Shown here: positions 48,480 through 59,959 of the stretch, one piece after another | Layout of the letters: every line of letters starts with the position of its first letter | How positions within the stretch are numbered: the first letter of the stretch is position 1 | NCBI GenBank assembly: GCA_011109175.1 | Contig: RDEW01000025.1 | Coordinates: 713,990-777,989 of the forward strand | Reading direction: 5' to 3' | Source of the DNA: Dicyema japonicum | Taxonomy: Eukaryota; Animalia; Dicyemida | Length of the DNA stretch: 64,000 bases | Notes under the pieces: model-generated | The model's input: the letters and a program-made list of their open reading frames with translations, nothing else | Database searches by the model: none | Told to the model about the DNA's origin: nothing | Translations under genes and position numbers: made by a program

Positions 48480-49560
48480 TATTTCCAAAGACTTTGGGGA
48501 ATTGGACGTTTCTACGAAGATTGTATCTCGTCTGAATGCTAAAGTTAGGGTACAAAAAGGATGCGAACGTTTTATTGGAGCACATGCAAGGGGATCGGAA
48601 ATGACAAACATAAAGGGAAACCTAAACTTAGTCTGTGCCACTCAGAAGTGCCAGCCTATTGAACCTGCAGAAGGATTTAAGGATCAGATCCGAAAATACG
48701 CTGTTACCTTGAATCGGCTCTACGAGATCTCCGAAAGTATTACAGCGACGATATTATGGAAATTGTTTACGCCGATGATGTCGGCTTTGTCTTAAGTAAC
48801 AAAGAAGTACTTCGACATCTTCTGGAGGTAGCACCAGGCCGCCTGCCAAAATGGTCTCTATCAATGAACAATTCGAAAACGGATATCATCGAGATCAAGC
48901 GGATAGAACAACGCAGTACCGAAAACTGGAGGAAGACCATAAAGCTTGGCTCATTTCTTGGGGACTCGGAAGACATCGTAAGAAGGATATTTTTATCTAC
49001 GTTGACCATGCAAAATCTTATGAAAGTATGGATCCAAAGACGTCTGGCAATCACTTTGCCTCAGGTTGCATGAGGCTTTCGTAAACCGATGGACAAAGGC
49101 TCGACTTCTTTCATAAAAAGCAACTTAGATCTCTCTTGGGACTAAAGTGGCCAATATGTGTAAGGAAAGATGCTCCTTTAGACCTCTGAGCACCCTGATC
49201 ACGAAGACGCACTTGAAACTGTTTGGTCACAATCTAAAAATGGAGAGAGACACACCAGTAAACATCATCATGAAAGAATTATTCGAAACTCTTGGAAAAA
49301 GTTCCAAGTCGTCCACAAACAACGCTTTCCCAAATCCTTAATGGTGACCTGAGACAAGTGAACATAACACGGTGAAGATCGCATCAAACAAGAGATGGTG
49401 GGAGAGATCGAAGATAATGCAGACTCGACACGAATAGAATTATAGCTTGTATATTCTATCTTGTTCCTCATAATAATAGTAACTGGTGAAATGCGCACAG
49501 AATCAGTTAACCAAAAACCTGATAAGGGTACTGGTTTACTCGAGAATCTGAGACCCATAG
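48480..49560 (+). mobile_element. Decayed RTE-like LINE RT
   Basis: EIVYADDVGFV, LSMNNSKT, KLGSFLG and LKLFGHNLKM; overlapping minus-strand ORFs suggest nested fragments. Confidence 0.75.
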
Positions 49561-49589
49561 TTATACTAACGAGTCTCTAAAACATTATT

Positions 49590-51000
49590 TATTTTATTTA
49601 TTTATTTAATTCCAAGACCACCAAGAAAGATAGGTCAAAACTAACTAATTAGGTGATCCCAGCCTCCAACAACATCGAACTCTCTTCGTCTGGTCTTCTG
49701 ATGACCCAACCGCATTCCTGAAACGCCTTCTCTTCCTTCTGCATAGGAATTCAATCGGCGTGCACTTTTTTATAGCTGACCAAAATTCCTCTGCATGGAC
49801 CATTTTCCTTGATGGGTTTTCCAGTTCCTTGTAAAAACGTAAGAAACCCTGGCCATTCTCACGTCGTTTCCTCTGAAAGCAGACTGGGGACGGATGTGGA
49901 GTCTGATTGTATGTGCCTCATGATCTTCCGTCTGAGAGAATTCACACGCTCTACCCTCGTAGAAGAATGGCGAATCTCCAGGCAGAACAGGCATATTTAA
50001 TCGTCGGCGCAATAACTTGAGATATACTTTGCTGATACAAGCAGTAAGAGGGAAGGGGCTCTTCTTTACGATGGCTTTTAGGACGTTCCATTTTCGAAGA
50101 CCCTTGGTTAATACTTCCTCCGTGTGGCTTGCAAACGTCATCAGAGATCGAAAGTTACTCCAAGGATCTTCTGTATTCGTGTACAAGAGATGGAATGTTT
50201 CCGAGGAATATCTCAAGTCCACCTTTAAATCTTCTGTCCGTAGTAAATAGCGTGAACTAAGACTTGGATGCAGACACAGACAGCAAATTCATGGATAGCC
50301 AGTCACACACCTAGTTGAAGTGTGACTGAGCCACCGCCACAGCCCTGGAGGGAGATTTGTCCCTTGCAGCGATAATCATGTCGTCGCATAAGGTAAAAGC
50401 ATGGTGTCCTGATCATTGATAGTAGGTAAATCGTATAGAAATAAGTTAAATAAGAGAAAGACAGAGGGGAGCCTTGCGGGACCCATTGGGGAGTAGTCTT
50501 GATTTGGAAGTGGTTTTGTCAATCCGGACCCTTCCGCGTCGCCCAGTTAAGAAATTTTCCAGCCATAGCTTGATGTTCGGATGTAAGTTGGAATTAAAAA
50601 TCTTTTGCGTTAGGAGTTTCCTCGAACATAATCAAAGGCCTTCTGTGTATCGATGGATACTAAGGCCGTCCGCAAGTGTGTTCTCATGTTGAAGTCGTCA
50701 GTAATAAACTGGAAGATAGAATCCAAATGAGTCGTTGTAGAAAGGTTTGCCTGAAATCATGTTGAAACTCTGGTAGATGTAGAACAGGAGAGATACGCAT
50801 TAAGACTAGCTTTTCCAGCACTTTTGATAAAACACAAGTCATTGAGACGAGGCGGTAAGAAGAGAGAACGTCTTTTGGTTTTCCAGGCTTTAGAAATTAT
50901 AAGTCGGAGATCGATACCGATACATATTGCCGAGTCAAAGTGGATTCAGACGGGGATAGTTTTGGAATCATCGATTGCATATGGCCATGTGCTAAAAAAC
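49590..51000 (-). mobile_element. Decayed APE-type LINE with preserved 3' end and (AAAT)n tail
   Basis: LEKLVLMRI...QHDFR, LCDDMIIAA and VIAPTIKYACSAW; 3' end GGATCACCTAATTAGTT...CTTTCTTGGTGGTCTTGGAATTAAATAAATAAA. Confidence 0.75.
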
Positions 51001-51059
51001 AAAAAATTATGTACATATCCCTGGAGTCTACTTGACAAAATAAACTAACGTTTGACATT

Positions 51060-51500
51060 ATTGATGAAAACTATGTAAGGATTATGCGATTTTGTTGGTA
51101 TTGTCTAAAAGTTAGTAAAAGTTATTCGAAAGCATTCACGACCGATATTGATACTCCTTTAAATGAATCACTTTCTCCAATACTCTGTAATTCATTTGAA
51201 ATCAGTTTTGGGGGGCATTTGAAAAACCTACTCTATATTTCTGATATTTTGAGAAACAAGACGTATATCAAAAAAATGAGCTGAAAAAATGATAATCTTA
51301 AGTTATTAAAATGCGTTAAGAGAAGTGATCAGTGACAACTTTTGGGCACATTGTACGTATGGATGATGTGGCATCATGCAATCTTAGAGGACTTTTTTCA
51401 ATAATTTATAAACTTATGGGAATCTCGATGATGTTTTTTAAATATCTAATGACCATGGGAAACACAAAACATTACCTTGAACGCAACACCCTGTTATATC
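51060..51500 (+). mobile_element. RTE-like LINE C-terminal remnant
   Basis: TTFGHIVRMDD motif in ORF 51332-51589. Confidence 0.5.
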
Positions 51501-51509
51501 ATCCCATTT

Positions 51510-51730
51510 GTGTCTCACCAAGGGTAACCAAACTAACTAACTCCTTGATGCTGACTCGTTCCAGTGTTCCAGAACTTGTCTTTAGGTAACGAAATTGTCC
51601 CCCGGGGCAAGAATAATTGGATCCTTTTGATGCCGGTCAGGCATTGGGCGTCATTCACTAAGGTGGATCCAATGACGCCATCTGATCCAATGAGCCACAT
51701 AGCACCACGCACCACATGCCACCACGTGGC
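51510..51730 (-). mobile_element. SINE-like family A' copy
   Basis: The reverse complement starts GCCACGTGGTGGCATGTGGTGC (cf. GCCGCGTGGCGCCATGTGGTGC in family A) and carries the same structured core. Confidence 0.8.
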
Positions 51731-51803
51731 TGAATCTTAATAATACTTGTCGAGGAAGGTTATACAATAATCTATGTTATAAGTTTTATTTAAACAACAA
51801 AAA

Positions 51804-52997
51804 TTAAAATATATTAAATCTTTTTAGAATATTTTTAATGTAATATTCACCAGCCTTATAGGAGGACCTAACAAGGGGACCACTTGCTGTGTACAAGAAT
51901 CCCATATCATCTCCGACCTTCTTCCAGTACTCAAATTTTTCAGGAGTCACATACTCCTTCACTTTGAGGTGTCGTTTGGTTGGCTGCATGTACTGTCCGA
52001 GAGTGAGACAGTCAACTTTGGCCTTTCTGAGTTCTCCAAATACAACTACAAAAAACCTTCCAGGGTCATCATTATTTGTTTATCTGTCTCCCCCAATCCT
52101 AACATCAATGAAGTCTTGGTAATGAGTGAAGAACGAAAGGATTTAGCCATTTTTTAAAACATTAATTGATTGAGGAAAGTTGGCACGATGATCTCTTACA
52201 GAACTATAATTGTAATTAACAAATACCTTTGTAACTCGGGGACAGTCTCAACATTATGGGCAAAAACATCCAACCCAGACTCCACGACACGCTTTATGCA
52301 CTCTGAATTACCTCCAAAGTCAGGGACCAAACATTCAATGTACACATTAGTCCTACAACTAAGAAATCAAACAGACATTTGCTTAATCTCCTCAATTGTA
52401 CGAGAAAAATGAAGACTTCCAAAATCAGGCAAATCTAAAAAAATCAATAGCAAACAAAACCATCTCTATCAACCGAAGTGACCACCACGTAATCAACCCC
52501 CCAACTGAGAATAGATTGTGCGGTTTTTTTAGGTTCCAATTCGTCAAGTGGGGCAGGTTGGCGATTTGTCTTTACAGAACAAAACTTACAAGCACGTGTG
52601 CATTCATTTCCCATAATCTGACATGATAATTGGAAAAAACCATTATTGTTGCTGTAGAAATCCCACTGTCAGAACCCCAGCATTCTCCAATATTTGGACA
52701 TCGCGCTTCCTGGCAGACAGTGCTAAGTCTTTGAGATTCCAAAGACATCTTCATTTTCGAAAAATTTCTTCCTGTAGGAATTGTTGTTTTGAGCCAAGGG
52801 GGAAGTCTTAATCTGAATGTAAACAAAGTTTAATGCCTATGCCCAGTCCTGGTCTCAACATGATCCACTTTCTTGTTTTTAGCCTCTCTTAAAAAGAAGG
52901 AAAGATCTGGCCCTTGAGGAATACTTCTAAAATAGGCTGTACAAGAGAATGCCCTCTTGAAGAGACAGCAACTAAACTTGTCAAGAAAAAAAGCCAT
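51804..52997 (-). CDS. LIAS: Lipoyl synthase, mitochondrial (radical SAM)
   Basis: [59 protein letters not shown] and [11 protein letters not shown]. Six mini-introns; one apparent frameshift at 52150-52155. Confidence 0.97.
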
Positions 52998-53051
52998 TTA
53001 CCAAAAATAATTTAAAATTTAATAAAATGTTGAAATTAATAAAATAATTTG

Positions 53052-55058
53052 TTAGAAAAAATAATCAGCCATGACAATTTCGATGGTTCCATCAACAGAT
53101 GCACTCAAAAATTTATTAGAAGATGAATCAACAGCACAAATATAGTTATTTAAATCATTAGACACATAACAACCACAAGGTTGCTCCTTGTTTATCTCCA
53201 TATGATTTCCAAACTAAAATTATAATTGTAATAAACCGCACTATAAACCACTGATGACTTTTCAAAATAAGTAAATAACATTTTCTTTCCATAAAACGAA
53301 AACATTTGGTTTGAAGGCATTATATGTGGAAAACTGTTGGGCATAAAGTCATCGTAAAGAAATTGTGTTGCCAACTCTCCAAGATCAGTAACACTGTTTA
53401 AATGTTGTTTGTTCAGAAAATATAACTAAAATCATTGAAACTAAAATACAATTCCATCGTGGGTAGTACAGTAAATGTTGTCATCAACTGGTGTTATGGT
53501 TTTAATAGATGTATGGGAAATCTGTACTTGCCATTGACTATGCTTTTTAGACTCCAAGTCTACAATAATTAACCAATAATAAACCATGATAATGAAGGAC
53601 ACCATCGGAAGTTCCTACATACAATACAAATGAAACACTTGACTTGAAATTAAGACACACAACGTCAGTATAATCTAATACAACTGAGCGCTAAAATATA
53701 ATAAACTATTACTATCGCTTTATACGTGTTTGAGTCATAAATTGTTATCTTATTAACACTTCCACTAGCAAGTCTCATGTGAACTGCAAAGTGATTACCT
53801 TCTGAGTCACTAACAACTTGGATTACACTGCATAACAAAACAAAAAACCTGACTTGCTGCTTGTCTGTTTTTGTGTACTTTATGTACTCCCTCGCATCAA
53901 CGTCAAACAACCTTAAATGACCATCATATGACCCAATGGCAATCTAAAAATTATTGTCAATCTAACAATGTCTGCAGTCCCAATCCACTCTATTGACGTA
54001 ATCACCGAGGTTGACGTAAGTGTCTGTACGGTCTCGTGAGAACCATCCTCAAAATTTGGTTCCCATATTCTATAATAAACAGATGACAATTCCTAGCAAT
54101 TCCCTCTTCATCGAGACTAGCGACGTAGGTCCCAGTTCTATTAAACTTGGCTTTCACGATCCTTGAGTTATGTCGTGTGTAGTAAATCCTCTGATAAACC
54201 TTGGATTCCCTTTCAATTGGATTTTTGTTCAATTCTAATTCTGAAATAATCTAAAATACTAGGTAGTACTAACATCATTAGTTTCCTCGTTATAGTTAAA
54301 GTAGTTATCCACAAGAAAGTCTTCCTCTTCGTTCCCCAAAATCTACATTATTCAATATAAAGTACATTATTGCTTCCGCGACGATTATTCGAAGATAAGT
54401 TATGCTGGTTCTGGATAACTCCTTCACTTCTGGGTTCAGTAACAAGTCGAAGTAGGGAAGGGGGAGCTAAGGTAAATAAAACAAAAATACATAAATTGTT
54501 GAAGACATAAACCAAAAAATTATAAAGTGACAGTGTTACAGCTTCTTGCCACTGACGAGTAAAAAAAGTGGAAAAGGTCTTCAAGTTTTCTGGGGTTTTA
54601 GCGTATGGAAGGGCTATATTGAATCAAAAGGACAACCAAGCCAAGTACTCCAATGAGAATTATTATGTATGTTTTGGTGTTTTTCAAAAAATTCAGTAAT
54701 TTTAGAGTTTTGTTTAGCTGAATAAGCACGAATGAGGTATAAACGGAGAATCGAAAAGTAAAGATTTTCTATGCTTTTTTGGTGAAGGTCCATAAATTGA
54801 GAAAAAAATCGATTTTCTAGAAAACTCCAATAATTTTCAAGTCCTAGAATATCAAAGTCGTCCACGAACTTCATAATTTGATCAAGGACATTTTTGGCTA
54901 ACAATATCAATCACTATGACCTGTAATTGTTTTCTGTAGCATGCTAGTTCGTTGGTAAATAACTTTGAAGTTGCGACACAACCACGAAAAATCAAGTACT
55001 CCTTTACCATGTTGTCGAGTTCGGAGATTATGTTAGAAACATTTTCATTGCTTTGCAT
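53052..55058 (-). CDS. WDR91: WD repeat-containing protein 91
   Basis: LDNMVKEYLIFRG, LENYWSFLENRFFS, SILRLYLI and FSTFFTRQWQE..TLSLYNFL match the WDR91 N-terminus, followed by WD repeats; stop at 53052-53054; one apparent frameshift near 54930. Confidence 0.9.
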
Positions 55059-55189
55059 GCTCTTTTACACAAACTGTTAATAAATCTAATTATTATTTTA
55101 AAATTCTCTATTATATAATTAATTATTCAAAAAAAATTATTAATTTTGTTAACATTTTCATTGCATTCATAAATAATATTTTATTCGGG

Positions 55190-55750
55190 GTCTACCTGTG
55201 CCAGCTTAGTCTCCGTCGATGTGAATCTGTTGTGGATCGCAAAGGGCTTCACCTCCTCTCCTGCTGACTCAACAGTGGCTCGTTTCCGTAGCCATAAACT
55301 GGATCGCGCAGCACTCTCTTGAGGCGGCCTGATTACTGTCATCTTTTGAACCGGTGGTCATGAATCGTAGAGATGGAAAGCTTCCCGATGGGATCACAGT
55401 CTTTCCTCTCTTTCTCTCGAGGGAAATGCTTAATTTGGGACGGGGCCTGTATCGACACCTTTTCTCAGTCGAAACTTGTTGGTTCCGCGTTTAAAGCTGG
55501 GAAGCTGCTCGGACTTTAGAGAATTTCAAGATAAAAAATACAACACTCTCTCCATCAGATCCCATGTGCAGTCTGTCGTCGTAGGACAAGTTGAGTCTTC
55601 GTGCCCAAGACGGTCTCTTTTCTAAGATTGCTTCGGTCACTAATATCGAAAGTGACCAATGGGCGTTGGGAAACCGAACGATTGTTTCAATGGATTTCCC
55701 TGGCAGTTGTCAGGGCAACACCCACTCCATTATTTTGATTGTTTTGTTGC
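55190..55750 (+). mobile_element. CRE-clade retrotransposon 3' fragment
   Basis: RCESVVDRKGLHLLSC, FEPVVMNRRDGKLPDGITVFP and RGKCLIWDGACIDTFS. Confidence 0.85.
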
Positions 55751-55889
55751 GTAATAAATTTTTTTTTTCGTAATAAATTGTCTTTGTTAAAAAACATTTT
55801 ATTTATGATTGTATTATTTAAATAAATACTTTTTCTTTAAATTTTTATTTTGAATTACTTATAAAAACATTTAAGTCGAATATACTTAT

Positions 55890-56150
55890 TAAAACATTAG
55901 GCCTCAACAACAATGGGGTAGAACGTGAATCAATCGCGTAGCGCTTCGTATTTTTTCTCCTTTGCCCTCATTGTTTTTTCCGTGGCATACAGTGTGTCTA
56001 CTGCGCTCCCCAAAATGTTGGATGGGCAATGGGGTTCGACACGCGTAGCATCTCATACCAAAGGTTTCCCCTCCTCGAATGGAAAACTTGTGATTCCGTC
56101 AGATCGTTTTCCGTCTCCTCTATCCAAGCCAACAGGTTCAATCATATACT
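55890..56150 (-). mobile_element. CRE-clade retrotransposon 3' fragment (opposite orientation)
   Basis: IEPVGLDRGDGKRSDGITSFPFEEGKPLV*DAT...KEKKYEAL...FYPIVVEA. Confidence 0.8.
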
Positions 56151-56306
56151 AGTTGTAAAAAACAGTAAACATAGTCTAAATTATTATTTTTTTACAATTA
56201 ATGGACAAAATACTTTATCAACAGTCATTATATTTTGTCCCTTACTTTTATGTAATCAAACAAAAAAAGAACATGTGATTAAAATAATATTAAGAACTAA
56301 AATATA

Positions 56307-56953
56307 TCACCAATAGTATGGAAATGTGTTATATTGGGAAGAATTGTTGTTGGGGATAAATGATTCTTTCAAACTTTCTAAATTTCCAATAAAATGTTGA
56401 TTGTGTCTGATGTCAATTGCGTTTCCATAATTTCTAGAATAATTTTCAGAACATTGGGGAAATTGAAATGAATTTTGCATAAAATGGTTGTATGAAGGAT
56501 TAAATCCAAACTTCATATTTTGTTCAAATTGTTGATAGGAATTGGTTAATGGGTCTTGATTTTGATAATAAAGACTTGTTTGGTTTTGATGAATTCTAGT
56601 CTTCTTTAACTTATATCGATGATTCTGGAACCAAATTTTAACTTGCGTGGGAGTTAAGTGAAGTTGTTTGGCCAATTGATCCCTTTCAGAAGGAGAGAGA
56701 TATTGTTGATAGTTAAATCGTCTTTCAAGTTCGTATGTTTGTGATTTTGAAAAAAGAATGCGTTTCTTTTTTGCCTTTTGATAGGATTCTTCAATGATGG
56801 GTGATAGGTAATTACTCGGAGATAGTGAACGAGAGTCGTCAAGTGATACTAGAAAAGTGAATAAAGCATAAAGGATAATAAAGTATCCACTTATAAATGA
56901 ATATTACTTGGATTGGATTCCTTGAGTGGTGAAACATTGGCAGACCTCTCCAT
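56307..56953 (-). CDS. NK2-class homeobox protein (NK2.2/vnd-like); first exon tentative
   Basis: Homeodomain [57 protein letters not shown] has the NK2-diagnostic Tyr54 and a vnd-type [13 protein letters not shown] putative 59-nt intron at 56849-56907 joins an ATG at 56953. Confidence 0.88.
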
Positions 56954-57654
56954 ATTCAAGAATAAAACTCAACGGTTTTCTGTTAAATAATTAACGTTAA
57001 ACGATTATTACGAGGTAAGCTTACTAATTCGATATTTCGGCAATTACATTTAGTGAAATTTATTTGTTTCCTGCCAACTAATTTATCTCTAATTGATTTG
57101 TTCGAGGACCTGTCCATAAAGTGATGATGTCTTTTATTCACATTTTAAGTGGATTCAGTATATTTTCAGAGAATTCGATTATTACTGCTTAATAAATGTG
57201 AGAGGAATATCATTTAGATTGTCAAAGGTATTATTTACACTGATATTTATGTCGATCCTAATTTATCCCACCTGCAAGCCATTTATTTCAAAATGGGGAA
57301 AAATATTTTGATAAAAATTTTCTTAAAACTGTCAATAATTTAACAAGAAATAACACGATCACTTTATATTTACAGGATTTATTTCATGAACTGCCAATGA
57401 AAATATTTGACAATTATTAACTTTTTATACTCCGACAGATATAATTTCAACCAATAAAACCTTATAGTTGAATTTTTTATTCTATCAAATAATAAACGTA
57501 GTCAAAGGAGCATTTCTCTTGTAAAATAACTAAATTATTTACACAGAACAAATTCAGTCATTATAACCAAGTACCAGTAAAATTTCCATTTACAAACACT
57601 TAAAAATCTAATTAACTCTCAAAATAAGATTTTAATGAAAATAGGAAACCAAAG

Positions 57655-59819
57655 TCAAACTTTGGGATTTAAAAGAACGTTTGAATCCCTGAAAATAAGT
57701 ATATGATGATAAATCTTAAGAGAAGGTCCAAGTTTCAATTTCAAAATATTGGTAAAGTCACTCAAATTCATCAACAAAAACGATTTTCCGTTAATCAACT
57801 ACAAATAACAAAAATTCAAAACATTGTCTTTGAACAGTTTAGCCACAATTTCCCCGCATCCACTAATCCCAGAGATAAACTCAGCTACATGATTGCAGTC
57901 CCATGCCATTACATCACTTTTCTGTAATCTTGTATCATGTTGTAGTATTTTGGCAGCCTCTTTTAGACGACTAAAGTTAGGAGGTTCAAAAAAATCTTCA
58001 ATTTGAAAACGTTCCTCGTAAGATTCCTTCATAAACTCATCTATTAAATAAGCAAGAGAAATACTTGAATTAATTGACTTTTCATCAACCTCTTTGTTGA
58101 GTTTCCAGTTATTCTGATTTTTTCGTTTTCGTTTGGGGACAAACTCAGTAAACTCACCGGAATAGGAAGAGCGTGTTATCTCACTACTCGAATCCATTTC
58201 AGCAATAAATGGACGTGGGCGTTTCAGAGGATCAACACAGTCACTAGTGATAATCTCAGCTGGTTTTTCGTCCTCAGATACGCCCAATCTGTTGGTCAAT
58301 TTAATTGGAGAATGATCCTTATATGGACAGTTTTCATAACTACCAGTTAAATTGTCATAAAATACCAAATGTGGGCAGAATCAGGCTTTCCATTAGTGTG
58401 ACCATATCCTAAGCATATTGAGGTAGAACAGGGGATATTCTTATATTTATTAGGTGGTAGTCGACACAACAATTCTAATCCATACTTTTCACAATGGCCA
58501 AGAGGATAAATAAAAGTGCTATCGTCGTCCAGCCAATAATCATATGGCTTTGGCCATCCATTAAAGTGAATTTTGATTTTGTAACCTCTTACCAAAGCAA
58601 TCGAGGCTTGTCTAATCAAATCATGGTTGTAGTTGTCTACTGTTTCCACTGCCATCCCTTGTCGATACCCAATAACTTGTCTCTAAAGTTAACTTTGATG
58701 AAAAACCGTTTTAAAAATACTTTTGGGGGCAATTGTTGCGTTTGTGCTTTTTAAATATTTTTCCTTGTCAAAAATTCCACGGTAATCTTGTGTTAAGAAA
58801 GAAAAAACTTTCAGGTGTCTCCAATTCGTCGGTAAAGTCCTCAAGCGAGTGAATAAATGGAGAGTCAGTCTTTGCCCAAAATCCAGAGAAGGAAGTGCCA
58901 CCGTCAAAGGAAATCAGCAAATAATCTCCAATAATATCAGAAACTGTAGCAATCCGGTTTATTTGAAATTAGGCAAAAATTCAGATTCCACGGCAACAAG
59001 CTTCATTCCAATTTTAAACTGATTTTTGGAGATATCCTGATCTTTCATGCATGCAAAAAGATCCTCAGGAGCAGGAATTCTCAAATCCTCACTGAGATGT
59101 GTTTCCCAGTCAAAACTCACGAATTCTTTAAAATTATTATTATATGAGACCAAAGGGAAGTTCGAGTTTTCGGTTATTTCGTTCACACCAACCACATGGG
59201 AAAATAAACGGAGAATTAATGCTGACCCAAAAATCATAACAAGGATCATATCCATGGAAACTAAGTCGAATTCTAGTCCCGGCAACAGCAGATACACTGA
59301 CAACGCAGAAAAGGTTAGGGTTCATGGGATCTATGGCTTCCATCCACATCCATAGAGAAAAACCATTGTGAATTATAGCATTCTAACAAATTTAATAAGA
59401 AAACTTCATTTTCGAAAACAAATGTTGTAGTGTTTTGATTTTCTAGTTGTTTGGCCTCTCTGCGTCCTAAAATCGAAAATAATGAATACTTTGGTGATAT
59501 TCAAACAATGATACATTCTTGTACTTGTGTTTTTTCGATCTATAATAAAGAATCTCTCAACTTTTTATGATGAGCCGACTTAGGCCTCCCCCTTCTAGGC
59601 GCAGGTTCTTCAAAGGAAAAGTCGTCTTTGTAGTCAATAAATGAACTTTCTGGCGTTTCAGTTAAATCACATTCGTGTTCCGAGTTTATTATTTCACCTT
59701 CTTCTTGAAAGTTAGTATGAAGTCCATTTTCGGACTGTTGGGGCATCTTTGAACCACTGATCTACAAATGTTAAATTGTCTACTAATTCTGGGGAATCAT
59801 GTGTAGAGTTATTCTCCAT
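57655..59819 (-). CDS. L3MBTL: Lethal(3)malignant brain tumor-like protein: MBT repeats, C2HC finger, SAM domain
   Basis: MEAIDPMNPNLFCVVSV...FHGYDPCYDFWV...PCGWCE, FKIGMKLVAV, HFNGWPKPYDYW, CSTSICLGYGH...CPY and SAM AWDCNHVAEFI...KLGPSLKIY; stop at 57655-57657. Confidence 0.87.
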
Positions 59820-59959
59820 TAAATTCAAAAGACCGACAACGTAAAAAAATATTACGTTTTATTATTTAATAATTATTAATTAAAAAAATAAATTAGTATA
59901 TGTAAATTTACAATTCTTGGCGGAATCTTGCGGAATTGTCGATTTCCGTAGGAAATTTA

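Noticed and set aside
49655-49675. GATCCCAGCCTCC resembling the HDV sequence GGUCCCAGCCUCC
   Set aside because: The complementary P3, P1 and P2 strands are absent; it lies on the antisense strand of a LINE 3' end and looks coincidental.
55925-56152. 75-aa ORF with a signal-peptide-like start (possible neuropeptide)
   Set aside because: It is the antisense reading of a CRE-type RLE fragment.
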